From positions 9,951 through 73,950 of the forward strand of contig DATHPP010000425.1 of the NCBI GenBank assembly GCA_035483795.1: a stretch of 64,000 nucleotides of DNA. Direction: 5' to 3'. The stretch comes from Tepidisphaeraceae bacterium (GTDB lineage: Bacteria; Planctomycetota; Phycisphaerae; Tepidisphaerales; Tepidisphaeraceae). The position numbers and the translations under genes were made by a program. The notes under the pieces were generated by a model, which did no database searches, was not told the DNA's origin, and saw nothing but the letters and a program-made list of their open reading frames with translations. Shown piece by piece: positions 18,019 through 26,467 of the stretch (positions are counted from its first letter, which is position 1; each line of letters opens with the position of its first letter).

Positions 18019-18945
18019 TCACGAATTTTGCCCGCTCCAGGCGTTGGCGGCGTTGAAGTCGGGGCTGATCCCGTTGGTGAAGACGATCTGCGTATCGCTG
18101 ACCGTCTTGAATCGTCCGTTGCGCAGGCTGGTCGAGGTGATGGTGAAGCTCTCCCCGCTCTGGCTCAGATCGAGCAGTCCGCCGTTGCGCAGGTTCAGTT
18201 GCGTGATGCAGGCCGCGCCGGCGTTGCGGTGCAGGCAGTGGATGGTGCCGCCGTCACAGGTTGCCGTGGGGACGAGGTAGGTGCCGCGGGTGAACAGGTC
18301 TCCAGCGAAACAGATCAGGGCCGTGACCGGGGTCGAGTTGACCAGAACCTGGCCGCCGTCGTTGACCACGTTGCTGTAGGTGACGCCCGAGCCCAGATTG
18401 CAGACGCCGCCGGTGACGTTGACGTTTCCGACCGTGGTGGTGTCGGTGTAGTTGTCGGTGGCGATGCCGATGCCGCCTGATCCGCCCAGGACGTTGATAT
18501 CGCAGGCGGCGTTGTTGGCGCGGATGCGGACGGTTTCCTTGCCGGTGTCGATGGCGCGGGGATTGGCCTGGAAGACGTTGACGATCGGCGACGTCGTCCC
18601 CAGATCGAGGTTGATGCGCTGGCAGCCGACTTGGGTAGAGCTACTGGCGGCGGCGGCGGGGAGGTTGATGCCGACTTGGTTGCCGTTGGTGACGTTGAGC
18701 TTGAGGGGCGTGCCGTTGCTTCCGAACAGGATGGTCCCCGGTGAGGAGGAGCCGAAGGTGCCGTAGATGGTCAAGGTGTTGAAGACGACCCCGCCACCGG
18801 TTTGATCGGAGCCGTTGATGGCGCTGACGGCGGTGGCATCGAAGATCAGATCGTCACCGTTGCCGGGCACGCCGGAGGGGGACCAGTTGCCCGAGGTGGC
18901 GAAGTTGAAATCGCCGATGGTGCCGGACCATGTTTTCTTAGCCAT
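18019..18945 (-). CDS. beta-helix protein with autotransporter-associated beta-strand-repeat style N-terminus (fibre/spike candidate)
   Basis: KTWSGTIGDFNFATSGNWSPSGVPGNGDDLIFDA followed by G/N/T/V-rich strands. This repeat style is common in the PVC group as far as I recall. Confidence 0.6.
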   Translation of the reverse strand: MAKKTWSGTIGDFNFATSGNWSPSGVPGNGDDLIFDATAVSAINGSDQTGGGVVFNTLTIYGTFGSSSPGTILFGSNGTPLKLNVTNGNQVGINLPAAAASSSTQVGCQRINLDLGTTSPIVNVFQANPRAIDTGKETVRIRANNAACDINVLGGSGGIGIATDNYTDTTTVGNVNVTGGVCNLGSGVTYSNVVNDGGQVLVNSTPVTALICFAGDLFTRGTYLVPTATCDGGTIHCLHRNAGAACITQLNLRNGGLLDLSQSGESFTITSTSLRNGRFKTVSDTQIVFTNGISPDFNAANAWSGQNS

Positions 18946-18953
18946 GATGGTTC

Positions 18954-18985
18954 AGGGGGGTGAGGGAGAGGGAGAGGGTGAGGCA
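18954..18985. repeat. family A G-run element
   Basis: ggggggtgagggagagggagagggtgaggcag lies between the stop at 19017 and the start at 18945. Confidence 0.6.
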
Positions 18986-19016
18986 GAGCAGCGGCCCCGA
19001 TAGCGCCCGGATCGCT

Positions 19017-19235
19017 TCAACGGTCGTTTGCTGATGGCGCTGAAATCAGGGCAAATCGTTCGCTGAACAGGGTTTGCCCGTCGCCCCGGTACAGATGAAC
19101 CGCGACCGGCTTTCCCGTCTCCCTGTCCACTTCGAGGCCGTTGAGGACGCGGTTTCCGGCGTAGCTCAGGATGCGATCATCGAATCGCCAGATGGGCGTG
19201 GGCAATCTGTCGGCAGGGATTTTTTTGTTTGACAC
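19017..19235 (-). CDS. hypothetical small protein
   Basis: 72-aa ORF in operon orientation. Confidence 0.4.
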   Translation of the reverse strand: MSNKKIPADRLPTPIWRFDDRILSYAGNRVLNGLEVDRETGKPVAVHLYRGDGQTLFSERFALISAPSANDR

Positions 19236-19375
19236 GGGCCGGGAGTTGTTAGAGTCGCGGGCGTTGATCGCTGGTTTCTAATCGCACAAGTACGATTCTC
19301 ACGCCGCTCCCGCGAGACGCCTTTCCGGCGATCAACACTCGCGCCGGGGCGGCATGCGCTTCGGAACTTCGGAAG

Positions 19376-20404
19376 ATGAAGAAGAAATGCTGCGTTTGCG
19401 GTGATTTTTTCACGGCATCGAAATTCACGCCGAACGTTCAAATTCTCTGCGCATCTCCGGAATGCAAATCCAAACATAAGCGGAAGCTTGCCGGCTCGGA
19501 GTCGAGGGGGAGCAAAAAGGCATGCGTGATATGCGGGCTGCAATTCAGTTGTTGGACCCGTCTTCAACTGGCATGCTCTTCAAAAAAATGCCAACGAAGT
19601 CTACAGGATTCTCGCCGAAGAAGCAGAACAGGGCTCATATTAGCGAACAGTAAATGCTCGATTTGCGGTCGGGACTTCAAGACGGCGTCCAAAAATCGCG
19701 TGACCTGCGGCGCCCTGCGGTGCCGGCGTCAATCCGCAATCCGAAGAAGCCGCCTTCTTTCCGGTTGGATTGCCAAAGAACGGCGCTGCGAATCTTGCGG
19801 ACGCAGTTTCCATCCTCGCCACCGCGCACATATTTGCTGTAGCAAAGTCTGCATGAATAAATGCCAAGCCCTTCGCGGTTATCTCTCCCGCGGGTGGCAT
19901 CCGATGATGATGCGGTGTCCGTTTTGCGCTAAAGAATTTATGCCGGACACCCGTCGCCGAGTGACGTGCGGCGCACTCGAATGCAAATCTGCTCTTTCAC
20001 GCCAGAGGGCAGGCGTTGAGAAACGAGGGAAAAAAGGAATCTGTCGTTTTTGTGGAAAGGATTTTCTCGCTAGAAATCGTCGGCAGATAACATGCGGTAA
20101 TACCCCCTGCCGGCGCAAACTTGACGCCAAGGCGCAGCTTTTCAATTGTTCGATCTGTGGAAGGGCGTTCTGGACATCGCGACATGACCGCATTACATGC
20201 GGCGACCCGAAATGTCAGAAAGAACACTGCCTAGCCCGGCATCGAAATAGAGACCCAATCATCCGGATGAAATTGACGCCGCAGGACTTGGAACGCCGGC
20301 GTCAAAAAGCGTATGACAAATATCACGCGAAACATGATAGAGCGAAGATGGACGAACTCCGACGAATGAAACTCATTTTGAAAGGAGCACTGACCAATGC
20401 CTGA
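19376..20404 (+). CDS. protein of seven tandem zinc-ribbon modules
   Basis: Seven modules of CxxC-(13-16 aa)-C-x4-C: CCVCG..CASPEC, CVICG..CSSKKC, CSICG..CGALRC, CESCG..CSKVC, CPFCA..CGALEC, CRFCG..CGNTPC, CSICG..CGDPKC. The gene sits in a plus-strand island that looks lower in GC. Confidence 0.7.
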   Translation: MKKKCCVCGDFFTASKFTPNVQILCASPECKSKHKRKLAGSESRGSKKACVICGLQFSCWTRLQLACSSKKCQRSLQDSRRRSRTGLILANSKCSICGRDFKTASKNRVTCGALRCRRQSAIRRSRLLSGWIAKERRCESCGRSFHPRHRAHICCSKVCMNKCQALRGYLSRGWHPMMMRCPFCAKEFMPDTRRRVTCGALECKSALSRQRAGVEKRGKKGICRFCGKDFLARNRRQITCGNTPCRRKLDAKAQLFNCSICGRAFWTSRHDRITCGDPKCQKEHCLARHRNRDPIIRMKLTPQDLERRRQKAYDKYHAKHDRAKMDELRRMKLILKGALTNA

Positions 20405-21023
20405 GACAAAACTGACGACGCGATCGGCTGGACTTCCGAGCTTGGATGATTTCCTCACCAAGTTCGACCGAATGACAAACGAGCAGATCGCCGGTCGAAT
20501 CACCGAGCTGCTCGGCATCGACCGCAATGTCGTTCTCGAAATCGCGGCCGGCATCAAAACGATCGAGCTACGCGACCCTAACTCCGAGGAACTTCAACGA
20601 GTGAAGGAGATGACGGGCCTCTTTGAATACTGCCGCCGCGTTGCATTCGACAATCTGTATCCGGACATCATCGTCCGCTTTCATGGTGAGATGCTCCGCT
20701 ACGTCGCCGCGCTCACTCGACCAGATCAGGAAAAGGTCTGCGCCAGCGAACGGATGCTCTACGTCGTCATCGAGAACGGCGAGACCAAGAAGACATGGGT
20801 TCCCACGATGAAGATGCGGACCCGCCACATCCGCCAGATTTTCAATGATCGCAAGATCAACGACGAAGGCGATCAAATCGCCTACGCCCGCGCGAAAATC
20901 CCCAACACCGGCAAGACAACCAAACCCTACGAAATCCTCAAAGGCGGGACGATCTGCCGGGTTGCAGCCCAAACGGACTGGAACAAATCCGATCTACTGA
21001 TGATTCTCGGGCGGATGAAATAG
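20397..21023 (+). CDS. hypothetical protein
   Basis: 208 aa. It overlaps the upstream gene by 8 nt (ATGCCTGA), which suggests the two are co-translated. Confidence 0.55.
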   Translation: MPETKLTTRSAGLPSLDDFLTKFDRMTNEQIAGRITELLGIDRNVVLEIAAGIKTIELRDPNSEELQRVKEMTGLFEYCRRVAFDNLYPDIIVRFHGEMLRYVAALTRPDQEKVCASERMLYVVIENGETKKTWVPTMKMRTRHIRQIFNDRKINDEGDQIAYARAKIPNTGKTTKPYEILKGGTICRVAAQTDWNKSDLLMILGRMK

Positions 21024-21359
21024 AAGCACGTCTTCGACCGCCATTTCGGCGTCCCTGTGAAGCAGCGAAAAGTGCTGCCGGAGGAATTCGTTTATTTCCT
21101 GAACGGCGAGCATCATCTTCAATGCCTGAAACGCCAACCGCGCAATCACCCACGCTTGCCTTTCGTCATTGGCACTTCGTGGCGCGGCTGGCAAAAATGC
21201 GCCAGCGCAAGCCGCAGTTTTCACCCTCTCAAAAAGCCAAGAGAATGCACGCCGTTCGCAGAATTGTTGTATCTCGCTTTCGGCTGCGATTCGGCATCCC
21301 ACGTTGAATGGTTGTTCGCAAACCCTTCGACGGTCATGGTCATTCGGGTGATACATCAT
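20994..21359 (-). CDS. hypothetical protein, coupled to the HTH gene
   Basis: The internal ATG at 21359 (MMYHPNDHDRRRV...) of track ORF 20994..21563 overlaps the stop of 21356..21553 as ATGA. Confidence 0.4.
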   Translation of the reverse strand: MMYHPNDHDRRRVCEQPFNVGCRIAAESEIQQFCERRAFSWLFERVKTAACAGAFLPAAPRSANDERQAWVIARLAFQALKMMLAVQEINEFLRQHFSLLHRDAEMAVEDVLLFHPPENHQ

Positions 21360-21553
21360 TTTCCAGATCGCTTGCCCTTCGGCCCGCGCGGGAGCCTCTT
21401 GAACTTGGCAAGCGACGAAGGATAGATCAGCCAGTCCCGCCCCACCTTCTGGGCCTTCAATCGCTTCTCGTCGATGAACTGGCGGACGCGATGCACCCCC
21501 ACGCCCAAGAGCTTCCCCGCCTCCGCCGTCGTCAATGAGGGTTTTTCGCCCAT
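21356..21553 (-). CDS. excisionase/MerR-type HTH DNA-binding protein with basic tail
   Basis: LTTAEAGKLLGVGVHRVRQFIDEKRLKAQKVGRDWLIYPSSLAKF is the classic excisionase-family HTH layout. The protein ends in the basic tail PRGPKGKRSGK. Confidence 0.7.
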   Translation of the reverse strand: MGEKPSLTTAEAGKLLGVGVHRVRQFIDEKRLKAQKVGRDWLIYPSSLAKFKRLPRGPKGKRSGK

Positions 21554-21612
21554 CGAGGCCCATTCTGACCCATGGGTGAGGAAATTGCCAGCCGTTTATA
21601 GTCGAAAGTATC

Positions 21613-21641
21613 CTTACCCGTGAGTAAGATACGGGCGTAAG
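21613..21641. promoter_or_regulatory. imperfect palindrome in a divergent intergenic region (operator candidate)
   Basis: CTTACCCGT-gagtaagat-ACGGGCGTAAG lies between the divergent genes 21356..21553 (-) and 21662..21847 (+). Confidence 0.3.
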
Positions 21642-21661
21642 CGAACAAAAGGAGCTTTCAA

Positions 21662-21847
21662 ATGACTGAAACCAATCGAATCACTGAACTGGATAACGCC
21701 CGCAAGCAAGCCGACGAAGCCAAAAGCCGCGTGGAAAACGCCCGCTACAGCCAGAGCCGCCGCGATGCCTGGGCGGATTACGAATTCTGGACGAGCAAGA
21801 CCGCGTTCCTCACCGCGATCGGCGTTCAGGGACAGACGCGAGCGTGA
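21662..21847 (+). CDS. hypothetical small helical protein
   Basis: AAGGAG sits 7 nt upstream of the ATG. 61 aa. Confidence 0.55.
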   Translation: MTETNRITELDNARKQADEAKSRVENARYSQSRRDAWADYEFWTSKTAFLTAIGVQGQTRA

Positions 21848-21849
21848 GC

Positions 21850-22668
21850 CTATGCCAGTTCATACGTCTTCACCGCCCCCGGCGCAATTCCCTCCTCCAT
21901 CAACGTCGGCACGTCCAAGCTGAAATCCGCGGGCTGGCCCTTCTTCGTCCAGGCGTCCAGCGCCACGTCGTTACGGTGATGGGCCACGATGCACAGGGTC
22001 TTGCCGGGATAGTTCGCGTGGATGTTCGTCATCTCGTCCAGAAACCGGCTCTTGAAATCGTTGAACGATTCGCCGCCGGGAATCTTCTCGTCCGGGTGCT
22101 CGATGAAATAGCGCAGCTTGGGCAAGACGCTCTTGGATTCCACCCCCTGGAAAATCCCCGCATTCAACGGCCGCAGCGCCTGCGTCGAATAGAGGATCGG
22201 CGCCCCGGTCGCTTGGGCGATTTCCCCTGCCGTTTCGCGGGCTCGCCCCAGATCGGAGCTGATGATCCCGTCCAGAGGCGTATCCGCAAGCTGCTGACCC
22301 ACGGCGATGGCCGCGGCTTTGCCCTTGGGCGAAAGCGGAACGTCCACCCAGCCGCGAATCTTGTCCCCGTCCTCGTTCAGTTGAGTATCGCCATGACGGA
22401 CGAAGACCAGCTTGGTGGGTTGCGAGGCAGGGGGGGTCACGGATTCCTCGTTGTGGAGAAGGGCCAATCCCCGCGAGGCTTCGACGGCACGCAGAGTCAC
22501 CGCCGGATCGCTGCGATCGACTAAAGTCCGGTCGCGCTCGAAGTCCGCGCGCCAGATGGAGACGGGGATCATCTCCTGCCTCTGCCGGGCATTCTCAGCC
22601 AGGACAGCGGAGACGGCCGCGGAAACGGCGATGGCGACCACATCGGGATCGAATGGGTTGGGCATCAT
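21850..22668 (-). CDS. histidine phosphatase superfamily protein (phosphoglycerate-mutase-like)
   Basis: LVFVRHGDTQLNEDGDKIRGWVDVPLSPKG contains the RHG motif, and GRARETA follows downstream. Confidence 0.8.
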   Translation of the reverse strand: MMPNPFDPDVVAIAVSAAVSAVLAENARQRQEMIPVSIWRADFERDRTLVDRSDPAVTLRAVEASRGLALLHNEESVTPPASQPTKLVFVRHGDTQLNEDGDKIRGWVDVPLSPKGKAAAIAVGQQLADTPLDGIISSDLGRARETAGEIAQATGAPILYSTQALRPLNAGIFQGVESKSVLPKLRYFIEHPDEKIPGGESFNDFKSRFLDEMTNIHANYPGKTLCIVAHHRNDVALDAWTKKGQPADFSLDVPTLMEEGIAPGAVKTYELA

Positions 22669-22679
22669 TGATTTCCAAA

Positions 22680-22737
22680 GGTGGCGGGAAGGTGGCGGGG
22701 AAGGTGGCGGAAGGTGGCGGAAGGTGGCGGAAGGTAG
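22680..22737. repeat. tandem decamer array (GGTGGCGGAA)n, about 5.5 copies
   Basis: ggtggcgggaa ggtggcggggaa ggtggcggaa ggtggcggaa ggtggcggaa ggtagcc fills the junction between the stop at 22741 and the start at 22668. Confidence 0.85.
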
Positions 22738-22740
22738 CCT

Positions 22741-23103
22741 TTATCCCATCGCTGCTTCGGCGTGAATCGTCCAGCCCCCCAGGTCCTGACTGATGATGGC
22801 GGTGATGCGGAAAGTCGTCGGGGTATCTTGAATCTGCCAGGGACCGACCAGCTTGTCGCCACGCTCCGGCCGGGTGGTCAATCCTCCGGCGGGACTTGCG
22901 GCGATGAACATGGAGACCATCTTCACCCGGTACTTCTGCCCCTCTTTGATGACCTCGGGCTGATGGCGATCGACGACCGGAGTGATGTTGATCGAAGGCT
23001 GTACGACTCCCCCGACCGGCTTGGGCGTGTAGACCCAGGGCTCGCCGAAATCCAGGAGCATGGCCGCAGCGTCGGCGCCGAGTGCTGTATCGAGGGAGCC
23101 CAT
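22741..23103 (-). CDS. head-tail joining protein-like (gpFII-like, tentative)
   Basis: 120 aa. Its size and pattern (…GEPWVY…GDKLVGPWQI…FRITAI…GGWTIHAE) recall head-tail connector proteins. Confidence 0.4.
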   Translation of the reverse strand: MGSLDTALGADAAAMLLDFGEPWVYTPKPVGGVVQPSINITPVVDRHQPEVIKEGQKYRVKMVSMFIAASPAGGLTTRPERGDKLVGPWQIQDTPTTFRITAIISQDLGGWTIHAEAAMG

Positions 23104-23173
23104 CAGTTAAAACTCGAAACTCGAATGACGAATGACGAAACCGGAGCGCTACACGTAGCGCTACACGACGCAT

Positions 23174-23716
23174 CTAACCGTGGTGCCGGAAAAGACTTAC
23201 GCCGCGGGCATTTAGCCAGGGGGTGAGCAGGTTCTCGAAGATGTTCCGCTCCAGCCGCCAGCGTTCCGGGCTGCGATTGCCGCCGGCCTTCACCCCGTCA
23301 AAGTCCGCCTCACCCTGCCAGTCGGCACCGAAGACCTCGATGCGCTTGCACCCGATGAACTCGGCATAGACACAGGCGGCGATGGCGGTGAAGACGCGCC
23401 ACTGCGGAACCCCGCCTGCCCCTTGGCAATGAGGATCGAGGCTCTCGAAGCTGGGGAGTACCCGCCAGGGCCAGGGCTTGTCGGTCTGTCTCAGATGCTC
23501 GATCGCGCCTTCGGTGGTCAACAGCTCGGGCATGCCGCGGACGTGGGCGCGTTCGGCTTCGATCAGCGGATAGTCTCCGGCGGCCCAGACATCGGCCGGG
23601 AAGAACGCGCTCGCGCGGTTGACGGCGATCACGATGACATCGGCGCCGAAGCCAATCGGGGACGTGGCAGATAGTGACGTACCGGGGCAGAGGATGGCGG
23701 CGGTGGGGGGGTTCAT
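23174..23716 (-). CDS. DUF115/MptE-like (Maf-type glycosyltransferase-like) protein, tentative
   Basis: AAILCPGTSL...DVIVIAVNRA...DVWAAGD and a later IEVFGADW follow the pattern I associate with DUF115 and sialyltransferase-like enzymes. Confidence 0.35.
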   Translation of the reverse strand: MNPPTAAILCPGTSLSATSPIGFGADVIVIAVNRASAFFPADVWAAGDYPLIEAERAHVRGMPELLTTEGAIEHLRQTDKPWPWRVLPSFESLDPHCQGAGGVPQWRVFTAIAACVYAEFIGCKRIEVFGADWQGEADFDGVKAGGNRSPERWRLERNIFENLLTPWLNARGVSLFRHHG

Positions 23717-24288
23717 GGTGCGAAGTAGTGGTAAACCGGCCCCTCCAGAAACACCTCGCTCTTGAGCAGCGGGCGCAATCGGTGCGAGTAATCCCGGTCC
23801 TCCCCGTGCGTCAAAGGCTTGAATCCCGTTGCGATGGCCAGCTCGGTCTTCACCGGGTTCAGATGATTCGGTGGCCGGAAGTAGGTCTTGCTCCCCGGAG
23901 GCCCGGTTTCAAACCAGCGCGAATACTGCATCGAATGAATGAATGTTTCGGGCTTGGCCGGCGCCGGTCGCACGAGAAGACCTTCCAGCCCCACCACATC
24001 GGGATTCTCCTGGAGCGCAGTCAGAATCCGCGGGCAATAGTCGTCGGTCACCAGGTCGTCGTCGTCGATGAACGAGCAGTAGGGGATCGACCATTCTTGC
24101 GGACCGCGGAGCAATTCGTTGCGCTTCTGGCCCACCGGTTTTTCCCCGGCGTCGGTGTGGATGAAGATCGATATCTCGGTGATCGAGCACTGCGCTGAGA
24201 GGCGGTCCATCAGGCGCTGGAGCTGCCCGACGCGATGGTTCAGATGGCAGATCAGGATCGCCAGGCGGGGCATGCGGGCATGCGCCAA
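23713..24288 (-). CDS. GT-A (family 2-like) glycosyltransferase
   Basis: RLAILICHLNHR...KRNELL...CSFIDDDDLVTDDY carries a DxD motif. It overlaps the next gene by 4 nt. Confidence 0.6.
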   Translation of the reverse strand: MAHARMPRLAILICHLNHRVGQLQRLMDRLSAQCSITEISIFIHTDAGEKPVGQKRNELLRGPQEWSIPYCSFIDDDDLVTDDYCPRILTALQENPDVVGLEGLLVRPAPAKPETFIHSMQYSRWFETGPPGSKTYFRPPNHLNPVKTELAIATGFKPLTHGEDRDYSHRLRPLLKSEVFLEGPVYHYFAP

Positions 24289-24291
24289 AAG

Positions 24292-24891
24292 TCAGAGGGG
24301 GAGACGGGGAGACACGGGGACACGGAGACAGCGTTTGTGTAGCGCCCGGCGCACCATGTCTTTGACGACCGAGGGGTGGACGCAGCCCGGCGGGGAAGGC
24401 AGGTGCAGCTTGCCGTAATCCGCCGCAACTTCGTCCGCGATTTCTTCGATCTGTTCGGCGATTTCAGCCTTTTCTTTTTCGGTCAAGGCCGCGCGTCCGA
24501 ACTGTTCCCCCCCGCGGTTGATCGCCTCGCGAATGCCCCGCGTGAAGGCGTCCAGCTCCTCGTAAGGACCGCCGCCGCGTGGGCCTGCGTTGCGGATTTC
24601 GGGTTCCAGCCCGGCGAAATAGTCGAGCGTCTGGCCGTTCCGGCACTGGCAGTCCTTGACGACGATCGTCCCCTGCGGCGGCGTTTGGAGCGTCATGTCG
24701 CGGGTGCATAACGGCTCGTCCCCATCGCGGAGTGAGTCGTCGATTTCCGGCGGCGATGGGACAACGCCCGGCGCCAGATCGCGCACCTCTCCCGTCCCCG
24801 CGCAGCGCTCGCACTTGCGCGTATGCAACAGCGTGATGGCGCCTTTACCTTGGCAGTCGGGACAGATCATGACTGATCCTTTCTCGCACAC
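24292..24891 (-). CDS. DnaJ-type zinc-finger protein
   Basis: CPDCQGKGAI and CERCAGTGEV motifs near the N-terminus, followed by an acidic helical C-terminal half. The last codons are encoded by an octamer-array repeat. Confidence 0.55.
   Translation of the reverse strand: MCEKGSVMICPDCQGKGAITLLHTRKCERCAGTGEVRDLAPGVVPSPPEIDDSLRDGDEPLCTRDMTLQTPPQGTIVVKDCQCRNGQTLDYFAGLEPEIRNAGPRGGGPYEELDAFTRGIREAINRGGEQFGRAALTEKEKAEIAEQIEEIADEVAADYGKLHLPSPPGCVHPSVVKDMVRRALHKRCLRVPVSPRLPL
24294..24330. repeat. octamer-array element (family B)
   Basis: gagggggagacggggagacacggggacacggagacag at the junction between the stop at 24292 and the start at 24288. Confidence 0.65.
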
Positions 24892-25135
24892 GTTTCATTG
24901 TCCACGGCGCGATCCCCCGTTCGCCCCCGTTGTGTTCGGCCGTCATCAGAATCCAGTGAATCCGCAGCGCCCCGATGGTCATCAAGAGGGAGGCGCGGAG
25001 CGCTTGCCGTCGTGAAATCGTTGACGGTCCCCAAGGCGTTGCGGCGCGAAGAAAACGGTAATGGCTGATCGCGAGTGCCGGCATCCGCAGGATGAAATCG
25101 GGCCAGCGCCGCGGCGTGAGTTTGAACGGCTTCAT
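24845..25135 (-). CDS. hypothetical protein
   Basis: The ATG at 25135 overlaps the upstream stop (25132) as ATGA, which supports translation. However, the 3' end overlaps the next ORF by 47 nt. Confidence 0.3.
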   Translation of the reverse strand: MKPFKLTPRRWPDFILRMPALAISHYRFLRAATPWGPSTISRRQALRASLLMTIGALRIHWILMTAEHNGGERGIAPWTMKRVRERISHDLSRLPR

Positions 25136-25365
25136 GCGTTCAGTATCTCCAGACAGGTGCGTACCGACACGTGCTCCTCGATCTGGCGCGGTTCGGTCAC
25201 GGCAAAGCCGGCCAGGCGGTAATCGTGCAGGCGGCTCGTCAGCGTGCGGAGGGAAATATCCAGGCTCCGCGCCGTCATCGTGCGATGGCCCTCCAGCGCC
25301 GCCAGACGATCGAGGATCGCCGCCCGTTCGATCTCGGCTAACGTGGGCTCGATCACGGCTGACAT
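25132..25365 (-). CDS. Fis-type HTH DNA-binding protein
   Basis: LAEIERAAILDRLAALEGHRTMTARSLDISLRTLTSRLHDYRL matches the HTH_8 (Fis / sigma-54 activator C-terminal) pattern. Confidence 0.6.
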   Translation of the reverse strand: MSAVIEPTLAEIERAAILDRLAALEGHRTMTARSLDISLRTLTSRLHDYRLAGFAVTEPRQIEEHVSVRTCLEILNA

Positions 25366-26141
25366 AGTGCCGCCTCGACGCAGCTCCTGAAAGTCAATTC
25401 GCTCGTGAGTCGCCGGTAGTTCGTCTCCCCATCCCCGTTCTGCATCGCCTCTTTCAACCGCTCCAGGGGATAAACATCGTAGGGATAAAAGTCGTGACAG
25501 AACTCCGACACCAGCGGCAGTTTCCAGCAGGAGAACAGCGTAAATCTCAGAGGTTCCAGCAGAAACAAATTATCTTGATGGAGGCACAATCCCACCCGTG
25601 AAGTCGCAAGCTGCTCGTCGCGTTCTTTGCCCCAGCAGGCGTTGCCGATGACGATCCCGGCGCGCTGGAGTTCCTGCACGATATGGTCGCGGCGGCCGTA
25701 GATGTAGGCTTGATGGGTGGCGTCGTATTGGAACGTGCTCGAGCGCTCGCCGCCCAGCCCCGCATGACCGCCCATGGGGACGTAGCGGACTCTGGGATTG
25801 TCCTTGAACTGTCCCGCCAGCCAGCGGTCGCTGATCCATACCTCGTCGAATTTCTCGGGGATGAAACCCGCCAGTCCGTTGATGGGCCGCTCCAGCATCC
25901 AGGCGATCATGCGGCAGCGCTTGACGCGCCGGGCCGCCGCCACTGCCAGCGCGTTTCCATTCGTCGGAGCCAGGACATAAACCGTCGGGTCCGGAGGGAA
26001 GTGATTGATCTCCGACATTTCGCAGCGGGGAAAGCCCGACAGGTCGATCAGCTTGTGGTAATCCGAATAGCTGTCATACGTCTTACCCTCGTCGTTGCGG
26101 AGTGTGACAAAGCGGATGTTCATCGGAGTCACTCCCCTCAT
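25353..26141 (-). CDS. hypothetical protein, possible GT-B C-terminal-like domain
   Basis: 262-aa ORF in operon orientation. It shows a weak resemblance (…LEPLRFTLFSCWKLPLVSE…) to CgeB-type transferases. Confidence 0.35.
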   Translation of the reverse strand: MRGVTPMNIRFVTLRNDEGKTYDSYSDYHKLIDLSGFPRCEMSEINHFPPDPTVYVLAPTNGNALAVAAARRVKRCRMIAWMLERPINGLAGFIPEKFDEVWISDRWLAGQFKDNPRVRYVPMGGHAGLGGERSSTFQYDATHQAYIYGRRDHIVQELQRAGIVIGNACWGKERDEQLATSRVGLCLHQDNLFLLEPLRFTLFSCWKLPLVSEFCHDFYPYDVYPLERLKEAMQNGDGETNYRRLTSELTFRSCVEAALCQP

Positions 26142-26467
26142 TTGCAGTGTGACAGCACGGACGCCGCTTGTTTCTGAGTCAGGACTTTGCGCTTGAACGC
26201 CTTGAGGGCTTCTTCATTCGTGTCGTAGAAGGACCGGGCCAGGAGCAGATTGTAAGCCTCTTTCTTGTGCTCCAGGGACAGCGGGCGACCGGCCATGTAC
26301 TCGGTATAAGCCTTGGCGATCAACTCCCACACATAGATTTCCCCATCGACGCCAAACAGGTCTTTTTTGAAATTGGCGATCACCTGCTCATCGGTGAATC
26401 CGTCCACTTCCGCGAGCTTGGCGTGGAATTGTTTGATGCGGTCTATTTGCGAAACGGTGAGGCTCAT
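26138..26467 (-). CDS. hypothetical protein
   Basis: The ATG at 26467 (MSLTVSQIDRIKQF...) overlaps the upstream stop as ATGA. Confidence 0.5.
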   Translation of the reverse strand: MSLTVSQIDRIKQFHAKLAEVDGFTDEQVIANFKKDLFGVDGEIYVWELIAKAYTEYMAGRPLSLEHKKEAYNLLLARSFYDTNEEALKAFKRKVLTQKQAASVLSHCK

